Positions 49,774 to 60,198 of a stretch of DNA of 64,000 nt are shown here, one piece after another. Position numbers and translations under genes: made by a program. This stretch comes from an uncultured Candidatus Binatia bacterium (GTDB lineage: Bacteria > Desulfobacterota > Binatia > Bin18), in assembly GCA_965200965.1 (NCBI GenBank), contig OZ241744.1:3072001-3136000 (forward strand), written 5' to 3'. Numbering within the stretch: position 1 is the first letter of the stretch; the number at the start of each line of letters is the position of its first letter. Under the pieces are notes generated by a model, which ran no database searches, had not been told where the DNA came from, and worked only from the letters and a program-made list of their open reading frames with translations.

Positions 49774-50649
49774 TCAGATAATCCTTCCGTCGTTATCAAG
49801 GATCGCGACATCCAAAAGCTGTCCCAAGGACACCGCGACCTTTGCAACCCGGTAAGCGTCATGTTCATTGTCGGGCGAAGATGAAGAGAGCAGGTGTTCC
49901 AGTTCATACGTCAGCTTGATGGTGCTCTCTTTCAATTCGGTGACGCGGGCGAGAACAGCGTCCAAAGCAGCGACCAGTCTCCGCTTTTTTGCCTCGTCAA
50001 TATCCAACTCCGCGATGGATTTTTCTACTTGGTTCTCTACATCACCCGCCCGCTTAAGCCTCCAAAGACCAATAACGAGAATGGCCGGTACGACAACAAG
50101 ACCGCCGAGAACTGTCGTTCCAGCGGCAACGCCGCCTCCGCCGGCGGCTAGGGTCCCTCCTCCCAACCACGCTAGCGTCGCACTTTTTGCGGCAGCGCCC
50201 GATAAAGCTGAAATGGCCGTACCAGTCCCGGCCTTTGCGAGCATTCCCACCAATCCGTAAGCCGCCGTCGCAGTGGCAACCCCTGACCTAAGAGCGGCAG
50301 CGCCTCCCGCAAGAATTTCATGCGCGGAAACAGAGGCGTTGCTGAACTGGATAAGCTGTTCCGGGGTGATGTTGAATTTTTCAAAAGGCTCTCTGTTCTT
50401 GAGTTTGGCCTGTTCGAGAAACTTCACCGCTTTGCCAAGCGTCACCATCGATTCAAGGCGAGTCTTGCCAAGGTCCTCAAACCTTGAAGCTACATAGGCG
50501 TGTTTTTCTTCATACTTCCGAATCTCTCCCTCGTACCGTCTGCGGCGATCCGCGTATTTTTGCTTAGCTCTCTTAATCCGCTTATTGCCGCGAATAAGAA
50601 CGAGGAGAGGGGAAGCAGCAGCGATTAGTCCCAATAGAGGTATTGGCAT
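49774..50649 (-). CDS. Coiled-coil membrane protein with a long Gly/Ala hydrophobic segment
   Basis: AAGGAG RBS; GTGTAISALSGAAAKSATLAWLGGGTLAAGGGGVAAG plus TM helix. Confidence 0.8.
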   Translation of the reverse strand: MPIPLLGLIAAASPLLVLIRGNKRIKRAKQKYADRRRRYEGEIRKYEEKHAYVASRFEDLGKTRLESMVTLGKAVKFLEQAKLKNREPFEKFNITPEQLIQFSNASVSAHEILAGGAAALRSGVATATAAYGLVGMLAKAGTGTAISALSGAAAKSATLAWLGGGTLAAGGGGVAAGTTVLGGLVVVPAILVIGLWRLKRAGDVENQVEKSIAELDIDEAKKRRLVAALDAVLARVTELKESTIKLTYELEHLLSSSSPDNEHDAYRVAKVAVSLGQLLDVAILDNDGRII

Positions 50650-50719
50650 GATAGCTCCTTTCGTCAGACCCTGGTCGAAAGCACTGAGTCTGTTTTCCGG
50701 TTTATGGCGATGCCACGAC

Positions 50720-51103
50720 CTACTCCTTGCCGGCGAACCGGTCGATACTGATGACCGCCCGTTCGTGCGTGCCTGCACCGATTTTGGTGCCGTCCTCGTT
50801 GTAGGCTTCGACGCTGAATGTGAGCCGCCGGCCTGTGATCTCGGTCAGGCTGACCTTGCCGGTGACTTGCTGGCCGATCGGGGTCGGAGCCAGGTGTCTG
50901 ACATCAATGTGAAAGCCGACCGTCTGCTCGCCGGCGTCCATATGGGGCGTCAGAAACTCGACACAGACGCCCTCCATGAGCTGGATCATGGCCGGGGTGG
51001 AATACATCCGAGGGGCGTCCGGCCCGAGGTGGACAATGCCCATGTCCGGGGTGGTGGTAATCGTTCGTTCTGAGGCCATGCCGGGTTTGAGCGAGTCTTT
51101 CAT
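50720..51103 (-). CDS. FlK-like hotdog thioesterase
   Basis: YSTPAMIQLME, TVG...VRHLAPTP.G, GTHERA. Confidence 0.88.
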   Translation of the reverse strand: MKDSLKPGMASERTITTTPDMGIVHLGPDAPRMYSTPAMIQLMEGVCVEFLTPHMDAGEQTVGFHIDVRHLAPTPIGQQVTGKVSLTEITGRRLTFSVEAYNEDGTKIGAGTHERAVISIDRFAGKE

Positions 51104-51120
51104 GCGCATTCCTCTTGTTG

Positions 51121-52203
51121 TCAGGGGACCAGGGCGGCCCGGGTAATCTCCTTGCGGTTGGACTTGTCCAGCGCTTCAGCCGCATTCTTCAGCGGAAACT
51201 CGGCGTCAACCAGTTCGTGATACGGGTAGTGGTCAATATGCTCGGACAGGAACTGCAAGGCTTTGTGCAGATAGTGGGGGTTATAGGTGGCGACCCCGAT
51301 AAGCGAGATGGACTTGAAGGTGATCAGCGATGGGGAGATTGTCGCGTGCAGGCCCATTGAGATATTGCCCAGCTCGGCAATCCGACCGCCGCTCCGCACC
51401 AGTTGAATGGCTTCCTCAAAAGCGGCCGGCACGCCGGCGACTTCCAGCACAACGTCCGGCCCAAGTCCGTTTGTCAACTCCCGGACGCGCACCGTGCGGT
51501 CTTTGACCGAGGCGTATTCGCGCAGGTCAATCACCTCGTCGGCCCCAAACGCCTTGGCTCGCTGCAAGCGCAGGTCCACCCCGTCAATGGCGATCACCCG
51601 CGCCCCGCGGGCCTTGGCTACGGCCACTGCGTGCAGCCCCAGGCCGCCCGCGCCCTGGACCACCAGGGTCTCATCGTAGCACAGCTTGACCCGGTCGAGG
51701 CTGAAAAACACCTGGGAGAGGGCGCAGTTGGCCGACGACGCGGCATGGTCGGGCACATTATCAGGGACTTTGTAGACGTGTTGGCCGGAGTGGATGTAGT
51801 AGTGGGTCGCCCACGGGGTATGAAAATGCGGCGCTTCGTCTGGAATCAACCGTTTGGCCCGGATGCTCAGCCCGGTACAGGCCGCGGCATTGCCCTCCCG
51901 ACAGTTGACGCACAGGCCGCACACCCGGTAGTAGACCGGGGCCACCCGGTCGCCTTCCTTGAGCGGCTGGCCGGCCGTGTCGGTGGTCACGCCTTGGCCC
52001 AGGCTATGCACCCGCCCGACCATTTCATGCCCGGGCATGGCTCCGCGTCTACCAAACTCGCCCCGCCACATATGGACCTCGGAGCCGCACACATTGGTCT
52101 GCGTCACCTCGGCCAGCAGTGCTCCGGGCTCGGGCTGAGGCAAGTCGTACTCATAAAAGTCAATGGTACGGGCTTCAGGAATAAAGCTGACCGTCCCTTT
52201 CAT
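51121..52203 (-). CDS. Zinc-binding alcohol dehydrogenase (MDR family)
   Basis: VCGSE.H, GHE..G, CGLCVNC.....C, GAGGLG. Confidence 0.9.
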   Translation of the reverse strand: MKGTVSFIPEARTIDFYEYDLPQPEPGALLAEVTQTNVCGSEVHMWRGEFGRRGAMPGHEMVGRVHSLGQGVTTDTAGQPLKEGDRVAPVYYRVCGLCVNCREGNAAACTGLSIRAKRLIPDEAPHFHTPWATHYYIHSGQHVYKVPDNVPDHAASSANCALSQVFFSLDRVKLCYDETLVVQGAGGLGLHAVAVAKARGARVIAIDGVDLRLQRAKAFGADEVIDLREYASVKDRTVRVRELTNGLGPDVVLEVAGVPAAFEEAIQLVRSGGRIAELGNISMGLHATISPSLITFKSISLIGVATYNPHYLHKALQFLSEHIDHYPYHELVDAEFPLKNAAEALDKSNRKEITRAALVP

Positions 52204-52216
52204 AGTTGTCTCCTCA

Positions 52217-53881
52217 TTACACGAATGACGGGGCGCGGTACTCGCCAAAGACCCGTCGCAGCCGGTCGGAAATCTCTCCCAGGGTGCTGTAAGCGCGTAC
52301 CGCATCAATGATGACCGGCAGCAGATTGCTGCCGTCGCGGGCGGCCGTCTCCACGCGATCCAAGGCTGTTTGGGCCGCGCCCTGATTGCGCTCGGCGCGT
52401 AGCGCGGCGAGCTTTTCTCTCTGGCGCTTTTCGAGATCCAGGTCAATTTTGAGCAGTTCGTTGCCAGACGCCTCTTCAACGGTAAAGTCGTTCACCCCGA
52501 CAATGATGTGTTCCTTGCGCTCAATCGCCTGCTGGGCGCGGAAGGCCGCGTCGTGGATCTCGCGCTGCTGATAACCGGCCTCAATCGCTTTGACGGCTCC
52601 GCCCAGCGTATCGATATGCCTAATATACTCAACCGCCCGGGCTTCTAACTCGTCGGTCAATGATTCTACATAGTAGGAGCCGGCCAGCGGGTCGATCGTA
52701 TCGGCCGCGCCCGATTCGTAGGCAATCACCTGCTGGGTACGCAGGGCGATCCGTACTGCGTCTTCGGTTGGCAGGGCCAGGGCTTCGTCTTTTGAGTTGG
52801 TATGCAGGGAGTTTGTGCCGCCCAGCACGCCGGCCAGGGCTTGGAGCGTCACGCGGATGATATTATTGTCCGGCTGCTGGGCGGTCAGGGTGGAGCCGGC
52901 GGTCTGGGCGTGGGTGCGCAGCATCCACGAGCGGGGGTTTTTGGCCCCAAAGCGCTCTTTCATAATCCGCGCCCACAGCCGGCGGGCAGCCCGGAACTTG
53001 GCCACCTCCTCAAACAGACTGTTATGCACGTTGAAGAAAAACGACAGGCGCGAAGCAAAGGTGTCCACGTCCAGGCCAATTGACAGCGCGGCATCAACAT
53101 AGGCAATGCCGTCGGCCAGGGTAAAGGCGATCTCCTGGGCTGCGGTCGAGCCGGCCTCACGGATGTGGTAGCCCGAGATGGAGATTGTATTCCAGTTCGG
53201 GACGCGCTCGGCGCAAAAGGCAAAAATATCGGTGATGATCCGCAGCGACGGGCTTGGCGGATAGATATAGGTCCCCCGGGCGATATACTCTTTGAGCAGA
53301 TCGTTCTGGATTGTGCCGTTGACCTTATCCCAGGCCACGCCCTGTTTTTCGGCCACCACCAGGTAGAGCGCCAGCAGGATGGCCGCGGTCGAGTTGATCG
53401 TCATTGAGGTGCTGACCTGATCGAGCGGAATGCCGTTCAGCAGGGTTTCCATATCGGCCAGCGAATCAATCGCCACCCCGGCCCGCCCGACCTCACCGGC
53501 GGCCAGCGTATGGTCCGAATCGCGGCCCATCTGGGTCGGCAGATCAAAGGCAACCGATAAGCCCGTCTGGCCCTGGTCCAACAGATAGCGGTAGCGCTCG
53601 TTTGACTCCTCAGCCGTGCCAAAGCCAGCATACTGGCGCATGGTCCAGAACCGGCCCCGGTACATGGTCGGCTGTACCCCGCGGGTGAACGGGTATTGAC
53701 CTGGAAAGCTCAGCGCCGCCTGGTAGTCCTGAGTAGCCGTATCGGCCGCGGTGTACAGGTGTTTGATGGGGATGCCGGACGAGGTCTGGAAGGATGTTTT
53801 ACGCTCTGGCGCTCGGGCCAGGGCTTTTTTCAGCGTCGTGTCTTCCCATTCCTGATACGCCTTGACAATGCTCGCGCTCAT
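52217..53881 (-). CDS. Methylmalonyl-CoA mutase large subunit (no B12-binding domain)
   Basis: [45 protein letters not shown]; ends TLGEI..LR.VFGEY. Confidence 0.92.
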   Translation of the reverse strand: MSASIVKAYQEWEDTTLKKALARAPERKTSFQTSSGIPIKHLYTAADTATQDYQAALSFPGQYPFTRGVQPTMYRGRFWTMRQYAGFGTAEESNERYRYLLDQGQTGLSVAFDLPTQMGRDSDHTLAAGEVGRAGVAIDSLADMETLLNGIPLDQVSTSMTINSTAAILLALYLVVAEKQGVAWDKVNGTIQNDLLKEYIARGTYIYPPSPSLRIITDIFAFCAERVPNWNTISISGYHIREAGSTAAQEIAFTLADGIAYVDAALSIGLDVDTFASRLSFFFNVHNSLFEEVAKFRAARRLWARIMKERFGAKNPRSWMLRTHAQTAGSTLTAQQPDNNIIRVTLQALAGVLGGTNSLHTNSKDEALALPTEDAVRIALRTQQVIAYESGAADTIDPLAGSYYVESLTDELEARAVEYIRHIDTLGGAVKAIEAGYQQREIHDAAFRAQQAIERKEHIIVGVNDFTVEEASGNELLKIDLDLEKRQREKLAALRAERNQGAAQTALDRVETAARDGSNLLPVIIDAVRAYSTLGEISDRLRRVFGEYRAPSFV

Positions 53882-54011
53882 AGTGCCTCTCATCGACCAG
53901 GATTCGTCAGATGCGCCAGATTCCCAGGCCAATCAGAGCAATTGACCAAATCAGACGAATCGCAGTTCAGACAGCTTCCTGCCTAACCTAAATAGGATAC
54001 CGAGACAAGGG

Positions 54012-54374
54012 TCAGGGCGTGGTCGGCAGGGCGTGAAAGCGCAGACGCAGCAGGGTGGTCGGTGCCCGAGGGATGGGGTTTTCCGTCGCCGTGGGAGCGA
54101 TGCCGAGCGCGGTTAGCCTCTCCCGCAGCTCGGACAGACGGACGGTCGGCAGAGAGAGTACCAGCAGGCTGTCTTCCTCTTTGACCAGCACAACGCTGGT
54201 CATCTGAGTCACCGCGGCCTTGACTTGGGAGCGCAGGCCGGCCGGGTCGGCCGCGGACAACCGCCAACTCCGCGTTTCAATAACGCTGGCGCTTCCTTCG
54301 GGCCGGGGAGCATCCTGGGCCCAAGCGGTAGCGAGCATGGCCAAAGCCACGATACTGAGGAACGCTCTATTCAT
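54012..54374 (-). CDS. Small exported hypothetical protein
   Basis: GGAG RBS; signal peptide ending AWA. Confidence 0.6.
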   Translation of the reverse strand: MNRAFLSIVALAMLATAWAQDAPRPEGSASVIETRSWRLSAADPAGLRSQVKAAVTQMTSVVLVKEEDSLLVLSLPTVRLSELRERLTALGIAPTATENPIPRAPTTLLRLRFHALPTTP

Positions 54375-54404
54375 GGCAAGCTCCTGTCCGAAAAGCGCGC
54401 CCGC

Positions 54405-56294
54405 TTACAAAGAGAAACCTGAAACCTGCCGGGCTCCACAGGGCTCAGGTTTCTCTTTTTCAAGCTGCCCGACAAGGTCCCGGGCCGCCCGCAGGACGCC
54501 CGGCATATCACCCGCACCCATTCCTGGGGCAAAACGCACCCGCTCGCACACAGCCAGGATTTCGGCAATACGGCTCGCGCAATCTGCGGATACCCCGCGC
54601 TCCGCAATCGGCCCGGCCTCAATCTGGCCCGGCGGCAGGTCGAGCTTGGCTGCTAAGTATTCTTGGACGGCGCGCGACAGCAGATCATAAAACGTGGCCG
54701 GGTCGGACTCGCCAAGCGCCCGCTCAGCCGCCCCTAGGCCGTGACGGGCTTGGCGGCCGGCCCGGGCAAAACGCGCGTATCCGGCATCCCGGCTGAGCCG
54801 GCGGCGGTCGCACCACACGGCCACACCAAACAGGCCGAGCGGCACGATATGCCACAGTGCGAAAACCGACCAGGATGGACCGGACTCAATGGAGGAACAG
54901 GATGATCCTGCCACTGCTACAATCCTGTCAATTCCACATATCAGACGCATCCCGGTCACCTGGTTATGCAACGGCCCAAGCTCGTCTTTGATGTACACAA
55001 TATCCCGCCCCAGCCGTTCTGATGGCACCCGCCCGCCCACTACACCGACCCGCTGACCCTTGGGCGCGGGACGCAGCAGCAGGCGAATTGGTTGGCTGGT
55101 GAGTGTCCGGTATTGGGCCACCTCGGGATCAAAATAGCTGAAGTGGACCGCAGGAATGGCCTCAAGCATCTTGTCCTGGGGAATCAGGACCTGTTCAAAG
55201 ACGGTAGTATCCGGGTTGGGCCGGTCCATCTGAGAGGGATAGGTCCGAAAACCGTCGGTATTGACCAAACCCGGTAGCTGGGCGTCGGTCACTTGTCCGT
55301 TTCCGCTCAGCAGCATGCGCAGCGTGAGCGGGTCGCCGACCTGCAACTGGGTTGGATCGGCCGTCACCTCCATCCTGAACTGTCCAACCGCCCCGGAAAA
55401 GGTGGCTGGGCGGCCCTCTTCCGGCAGGGGGGCGACACGCAGGCTGAGCGCGTTGGAGTGCAGCGTCCGGGGGCGGCGTTCCGTCCCAAGCAGGGAATCG
55501 GAAAAAAACCGATCAAACAGGCTGGGCGAGCCGCGCGGAACTGGGCGTATCACGTTCAGTTGGAGCGAGGCCGGGCCTAGTTCAATAGTGCCTGAGCGGA
55601 GCGGCACGACCGTCGTCCGAAAGCGCAAAACACGAAACATATCGCCCCGCACAGTGCGTCGCTGTCTGACCGGTTCCTCAAACGGCTCAAGTGACACACC
55701 GTCTCCGGGCAGGACTGGATATTGCGCATCGGCAATGCGCATACCGCCAATGTATAACATAACCTCAAGCGGGATAGGCTGGTGCAGAAAGACCTCGCGC
55801 TTGGGAGTCCTGATCTCAAGCCACAAGCCCTCCCCGCTGGGGTCTGACCGATCGCCCAGAGTCCGGTCGGATGAGGGCGGTCCGGCGGCCGGCCGGCCAG
55901 AACGGATATCGACCTCGACCGTTCCCGTCTGATACTCCCGCCCCTGGTGTTTGAGGCGAAACGGTCCAAACGTGAAACGTCCCTCTTGACGCGCCCGCAG
56001 CGTGTAGCGATGTCGGACCGAGGCGCTATACCGATTGTTGACAATCGACATCTGGGTCGAGGGACCGATATAGCGGGTATCGAAGCCATCGAGTCCGCTC
56101 AGAGCGGGCGGCTCAACGTTTTGCGCGCCCCGGACCTCAATCACCAGCGTCAGCAACTCTCCCGGCTCGGCCTGTCTGGGTGTGATGTGCAGTTGGACCT
56201 GGATGTCCGCCTGTGCCTGCGCACCTCCGAGGCCGAGCAGCAGGCCGAGCAACCAGACCCCAGATATCCGGCGAGCGTGGCCGCCCATTACCAA
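54405..56294 (-). CDS. batD: BatD family protein
   Basis: Signal peptide; GPSTQMSIVN, FSGAVGQF, GDPLTL, FSYFDP; C-terminal TM. Confidence 0.85.
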   Translation of the reverse strand: MVMGGHARRISGVWLLGLLLGLGGAQAQADIQVQLHITPRQAEPGELLTLVIEVRGAQNVEPPALSGLDGFDTRYIGPSTQMSIVNNRYSASVRHRYTLRARQEGRFTFGPFRLKHQGREYQTGTVEVDIRSGRPAAGPPSSDRTLGDRSDPSGEGLWLEIRTPKREVFLHQPIPLEVMLYIGGMRIADAQYPVLPGDGVSLEPFEEPVRQRRTVRGDMFRVLRFRTTVVPLRSGTIELGPASLQLNVIRPVPRGSPSLFDRFFSDSLLGTERRPRTLHSNALSLRVAPLPEEGRPATFSGAVGQFRMEVTADPTQLQVGDPLTLRMLLSGNGQVTDAQLPGLVNTDGFRTYPSQMDRPNPDTTVFEQVLIPQDKMLEAIPAVHFSYFDPEVAQYRTLTSQPIRLLLRPAPKGQRVGVVGGRVPSERLGRDIVYIKDELGPLHNQVTGMRLICGIDRIVAVAGSSCSSIESGPSWSVFALWHIVPLGLFGVAVWCDRRRLSRDAGYARFARAGRQARHGLGAAERALGESDPATFYDLLSRAVQEYLAAKLDLPPGQIEAGPIAERGVSADCASRIAEILAVCERVRFAPGMGAGDMPGVLRAARDLVGQLEKEKPEPCGARQVSGFSL

Positions 56295-57121
56295 TCTTCC
56301 AGGGGCTCGGCCACGGCCCCACCCTGTGCCTGACGAATGAAGTCCTCAACGCGAAGCTCTTCGCTTTTTGCGGTGTCGATCAGAGCCGAGGCTTCTTCTT
56401 CCGACAGGTCCGCCCCGTCCAACTGCTGCGCCTGGCCACCGCGGCCCTGCGGCTGCTCGGGGGCGGACTCTTGACGCCGGTCGGCCTGGACCGAGCGCTG
56501 GTCTTGCCTGTCGGGCCGCGGCTCAGACTGGCCCTGGTTTGGCTGCGGCTGGTCGGCTTGTCCGTGTTGCGGCTGATTCTGCATCTGCTCTTTAAGCTGT
56601 TCAATTTTTTTGGCCACCAACTCGTAGTTGAACTTGGCGTCCTGGTCACTGGGATCAAGGCCGAGCGCGCGGCGATAGGCGGCCAGAGCCGAGGTGTAGG
56701 CTTTGAGCGCGGCCTGGGGCTGGGCGGTTTCCGCCGCAGCACCGATTTGATACTGGGTATTGCCCAGGTTATAGGCCGTCCGAGCGGCCTGGAGCTGGGT
56801 GTCATCCAGGCTTGGCACCCGGGTAAAAGAGGACAGAGCGGCCACATAGTCGCCGGCTTTGTAATGGGCAGCCCCCATATTGAAATTGACCAACGGCGAG
56901 TCCGGATCGTCAACCAGGACCTCGCCGTAGCGTGTCAGCGCCTCCTCGAACTGTCCGGCGTGAAACAAACGGTTGCCCTCTTCAAGTCCGTTACGGACCG
57001 GGTCGAGCCAAGCCACATTGCCGATCGCCAGACCTACGGCAAGCACGCGCCACAGGCGGCTCAGACCGGGCGCGTTTGTGTGTCGTTTCCTTTCCAGTTG
57101 CACTTCATTCTCCTCTGGCAC
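56288..57121 (-). CDS. batC: BatC-like TPR protein
   Basis: GN.LF..G.F..A, YNLGN, AKFNYEL, Q-rich tail ending DW. Confidence 0.8.
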   Translation of the reverse strand: MPEENEVQLERKRHTNAPGLSRLWRVLAVGLAIGNVAWLDPVRNGLEEGNRLFHAGQFEEALTRYGEVLVDDPDSPLVNFNMGAAHYKAGDYVAALSSFTRVPSLDDTQLQAARTAYNLGNTQYQIGAAAETAQPQAALKAYTSALAAYRRALGLDPSDQDAKFNYELVAKKIEQLKEQMQNQPQHGQADQPQPNQGQSEPRPDRQDQRSVQADRRQESAPEQPQGRGGQAQQLDGADLSEEEASALIDTAKSEELRVEDFIRQAQGGAVAEPLEDW

Positions 57122-58145
57122 GCAGACTGCGGCTCACTGCGGGTCTGACTATGGGGAGCGCGGCTTCGAGTCCGATCAGCACCAGGGCAGCGAACAGCGG
57201 CCACTGAAAGCGCTGGCGGAAGCGCCGCTCCACCGTACTCGTCAACACCCGGCCTTCGAGACGACCGATATAGCGCCGATAGACCTCATCCAGGCCCAAA
57301 TTCTGGCCGGCGGCAGAAATGTATGCCCCGCCGGTCGTAATAGCGATATCCTGCAAACCTCCAACATTGAGACGCGATTTCACAATCCGACCGTGGCGAT
57401 CTTTCAAAAACCTGGACTGCCCGTCCTCGCTCATCACGATCAACTCTCCCTCTGGGGTACCGATCCCAACCGTATAAATCCGAATCCCTTTGTCACGCGC
57501 CTGCTCTGCGGCGGCCTTGACCCGCCCCTCATGATCCTCCCCATCGGTTATCATCAGCAAGGCGGCGTTTTTGCCAGAGCGGCCCTCAAAGGCCTCAATC
57601 CCGGTCTGAATCGCGGCCGCCAAGGAGGTTCCGCCCTTTGGAATAATGCCGACCTCAAGGGCGTGCAAGTTTTCGGTAAACGCCCCATAGTCCAGGGTCA
57701 GGGGGCATTGCACAAAGGCCGAACCGGCAAAGGGCACTAGCCCGACCCGGTCGCCACGCACCTGTTGGATCAGGTCCTGGACCGCCAGCTTGGCGCGCTC
57801 CAGCCGGTTCGGTTTGATATCCTCGGCCAACATGCTGCGCGAGGTGTCGATCGCAATCACGATATCCGCCCCACGCCGCTCGATCGTTTCCCAGTGAAGC
57901 CCCCACTGGGGACCGGCCAGGGCAACCAGCAACAGGGACACCACCCCGAGCATCAGACCGGCCCGCCAGAGCTGATGGCGATTATCGAGGCTGGGCGAAA
58001 GAGCCGGCACCAAGCTCTCCAACAAGCGGGCCTGGGCAAAACGTAGCAGTGCGAGACGGCGCTGGCGCAAGGCCCACCACAGGCCCGCTCCGAGCAAGGG
58101 CACAAGCGTCAATAACCATACAAGATGTGGAGCGCGCCAGCTCAT
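57105..58145 (-). CDS. batB: BatB-like vWA protein
   Basis: DTSRSM MIDAS, PNRLERAK, PLTLDY, TDGEDH. Confidence 0.85.
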   Translation of the reverse strand: MSWRAPHLVWLLTLVPLLGAGLWWALRQRRLALLRFAQARLLESLVPALSPSLDNRHQLWRAGLMLGVVSLLLVALAGPQWGLHWETIERRGADIVIAIDTSRSMLAEDIKPNRLERAKLAVQDLIQQVRGDRVGLVPFAGSAFVQCPLTLDYGAFTENLHALEVGIIPKGGTSLAAAIQTGIEAFEGRSGKNAALLMITDGEDHEGRVKAAAEQARDKGIRIYTVGIGTPEGELIVMSEDGQSRFLKDRHGRIVKSRLNVGGLQDIAITTGGAYISAAGQNLGLDEVYRRYIGRLEGRVLTSTVERRFRQRFQWPLFAALVLIGLEAALPIVRPAVSRSLRARGE

Positions 58146-59140
58146 CAGGGCAGCTTTCGTAACAGGCTATGCCGCAGACCAAGCTCAAGGCCGATCAACA
58201 CCAGAGCCGGGACCAGCAACCAGGGGTAGAGTTCGTCATAATCAAGGGAGCGCGGAACGTCAAACTCGGTGCGCTCGAGCCGATCGATCGCCCGGTAGAT
58301 GTCTTTGAGGCTCGCGGTGTCGGTCGCTCGGAAATATCGGCCACCGGTCGTATCAGCAATCTGACGCAAAGTCCGCTCATCAATATCAACCTGGACAGGA
58401 CGGTAGACCAGGTTGCCAAAGGCGTCCCGGGCTGGATACGGTGCCATGCCCTTTGTCCCGGCTCCAATGGTATGGACTTTGACGCTGAGCGCCCGGGCGG
58501 CTTCGGCCGCGGTCAGCGGAGAGATTTTTCCGGCGTTGTTCTGGCCGTCGGTCAACAGGATGACGACCGCGCTCTTGGCCGCCGCACGTTCGAGACGGCC
58601 AACCGCGGTGGCCAGGGCCGAGCCGATCGCCGTGCCGTCTTCAATCATCCCGATCCGGGCCCGTTCAAGATTCTGCAAGAGCCAGCCGTGGTCCAGGGTC
58701 AGCGGACACTGGGTATACGGCCGAGCGCTGAATAAGACCAGGCCGATCCGGTCGCCCGGTCGCTCGGTGACAAAATCCGTGACCACCGACTTGACCACAT
58801 CAAGTCGGCTGACGCGACGCCCCTCCAGGCGAAAATCCTCAGAGCGCATGCTGCCCGAGATATCGACGCTCAGCACGATATCGATCCCGGTTCCGACATA
58901 TCGGCCCTCAGCTTTGCCGATCTGGGGCCGGGCCAAGGCCAAGCTCAGCAGGACGAGCGTCAAGCCGCGAACGACCGGCAACACCCAGCGCCAGCGCTGG
59001 CGTCCGCCCAGCGGCAGACCACGCAGCGGGCCGAGACTCGGGTAGCGCACGGCCGCCTGGTAGGCACCTCGGCGATGCCAGACAAAGACGAGGGGGACCA
59101 GGGCGAGCAGAGCCAGGGCCCACGGATCATGAAAGCGCAT
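58145..59140 (-). CDS. batA: BatA-like vWA protein
   Basis: LARPQ, DISGSM, DGTAIG, LLTDGQNNAG, TGGRYFRA. Confidence 0.88.
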   Translation of the reverse strand: MRFHDPWALALLALVPLVFVWHRRGAYQAAVRYPSLGPLRGLPLGGRQRWRWVLPVVRGLTLVLLSLALARPQIGKAEGRYVGTGIDIVLSVDISGSMRSEDFRLEGRRVSRLDVVKSVVTDFVTERPGDRIGLVLFSARPYTQCPLTLDHGWLLQNLERARIGMIEDGTAIGSALATAVGRLERAAAKSAVVILLTDGQNNAGKISPLTAAEAARALSVKVHTIGAGTKGMAPYPARDAFGNLVYRPVQVDIDERTLRQIADTTGGRYFRATDTASLKDIYRAIDRLERTEFDVPRSLDYDELYPWLLVPALVLIGLELGLRHSLLRKLP

Positions 59141-60185
59141 CCGACCCCCCGTTTGTGGCCGCCGGAGAAATGTGGGCGGTGTGCTGAGCTTGCTGGGCTT
59201 GCTGATTTTGGCGGGGCAGGGTTTCTTCGATAAAACGCTGGGCGGCCTGGTAGGCGGCTTCGCTCTCGTCCGAGCCCGGCCGGTGACGGGCAAATTTCAC
59301 CAGATCGGCCTGGGCTAGAAACCCGGCCAGCCGGTCTTGCTGCACGGCGCTGAGCTGACTGTCGCCGGCCGCGGCAGACAGGAATTCTTCGGTCGTCATC
59401 TCTGATGCTCTGAGCCTGAGGCCGTCTTCCAGATACTCCCGCACAATGGCAGACAAGCACACATAGTATGCCTCAAACTGGCCCTTTTCAATCAAGCCCT
59501 GGGTGCGCAGTCGGCGCAGGGCTTCCAGAGCCACCTGATAGGCCGCAGGAGCGGGTGGGGCCATTGCCGGGGAGGGACGCCTGAGGTAAAAAAACAGCCC
59601 GCCGCCAAGCCCGGCCAGGACCAGGACGGCGAGCGCCGCAAGCGCGTATGGCCGCCAATCAAAGGGAGGGACTTCCGGGGGCTTGATATCCCGGATCGTC
59701 GCATTTTGGTCGGTTTGGGCCAGCAGGCTGATGACCGTGACCGAAACATCATTGCCGTCAACCCGCTGCCGCTCCGCACCGGACTGCCTATAATGGACCG
59801 TCGGACCGGGCAGCAGGTGTTGGCCGGTCTGAAAAATAGTCAGCCGAAACCAGCGACTCGTTACTACCCGGTCGGTTTCGGTCCAGGGCGGCAGGTCGCC
59901 AAAATCAAGGACGATGAAATCCCCCAGCCGCTCGCCCAGCAGCGGGATCTCGATATCAATGTCGGCCGGGGCCGTCACGCTGATGGTGTAACGGATGGGA
60001 TCGCCAATCGTCACCTCGTCCCGATCAACGCTGGCGCGGACGGTCACGGCTGGCACCTCAGCCTGCTCGGCCGTGACCCGGCCAAGCGTCGCGCCCCAGA
60101 CAGACACGACGAGCAGGCCGAACAGGAACGCGCCGTCGCCAAGCCACGCCGCCTGACCCCTGTCTTTCCGCGGGCGCAACTTCAC
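59127..60185 (-). CDS. Bat-operon membrane protein
   Basis: IGDPIRY, IRDIKPP, TM, REYLE...ASEMTTEEF, ADLVKFA; GTG start inferred. Confidence 0.75.
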   Translation of the reverse strand: MKLRPRKDRGQAAWLGDGAFLFGLLVVSVWGATLGRVTAEQAEVPAVTVRASVDRDEVTIGDPIRYTISVTAPADIDIEIPLLGERLGDFIVLDFGDLPPWTETDRVVTSRWFRLTIFQTGQHLLPGPTVHYRQSGAERQRVDGNDVSVTVISLLAQTDQNATIRDIKPPEVPPFDWRPYALAALAVLVLAGLGGGLFFYLRRPSPAMAPPAPAAYQVALEALRRLRTQGLIEKGQFEAYYVCLSAIVREYLEDGLRLRASEMTTEEFLSAAAGDSQLSAVQQDRLAGFLAQADLVKFARHRPGSDESEAAYQAAQRFIEETLPRQNQQAQQAQHTAHISPAATNGGSDALS

Positions 60186-60198
60186 CTGCTCCTCCCTC

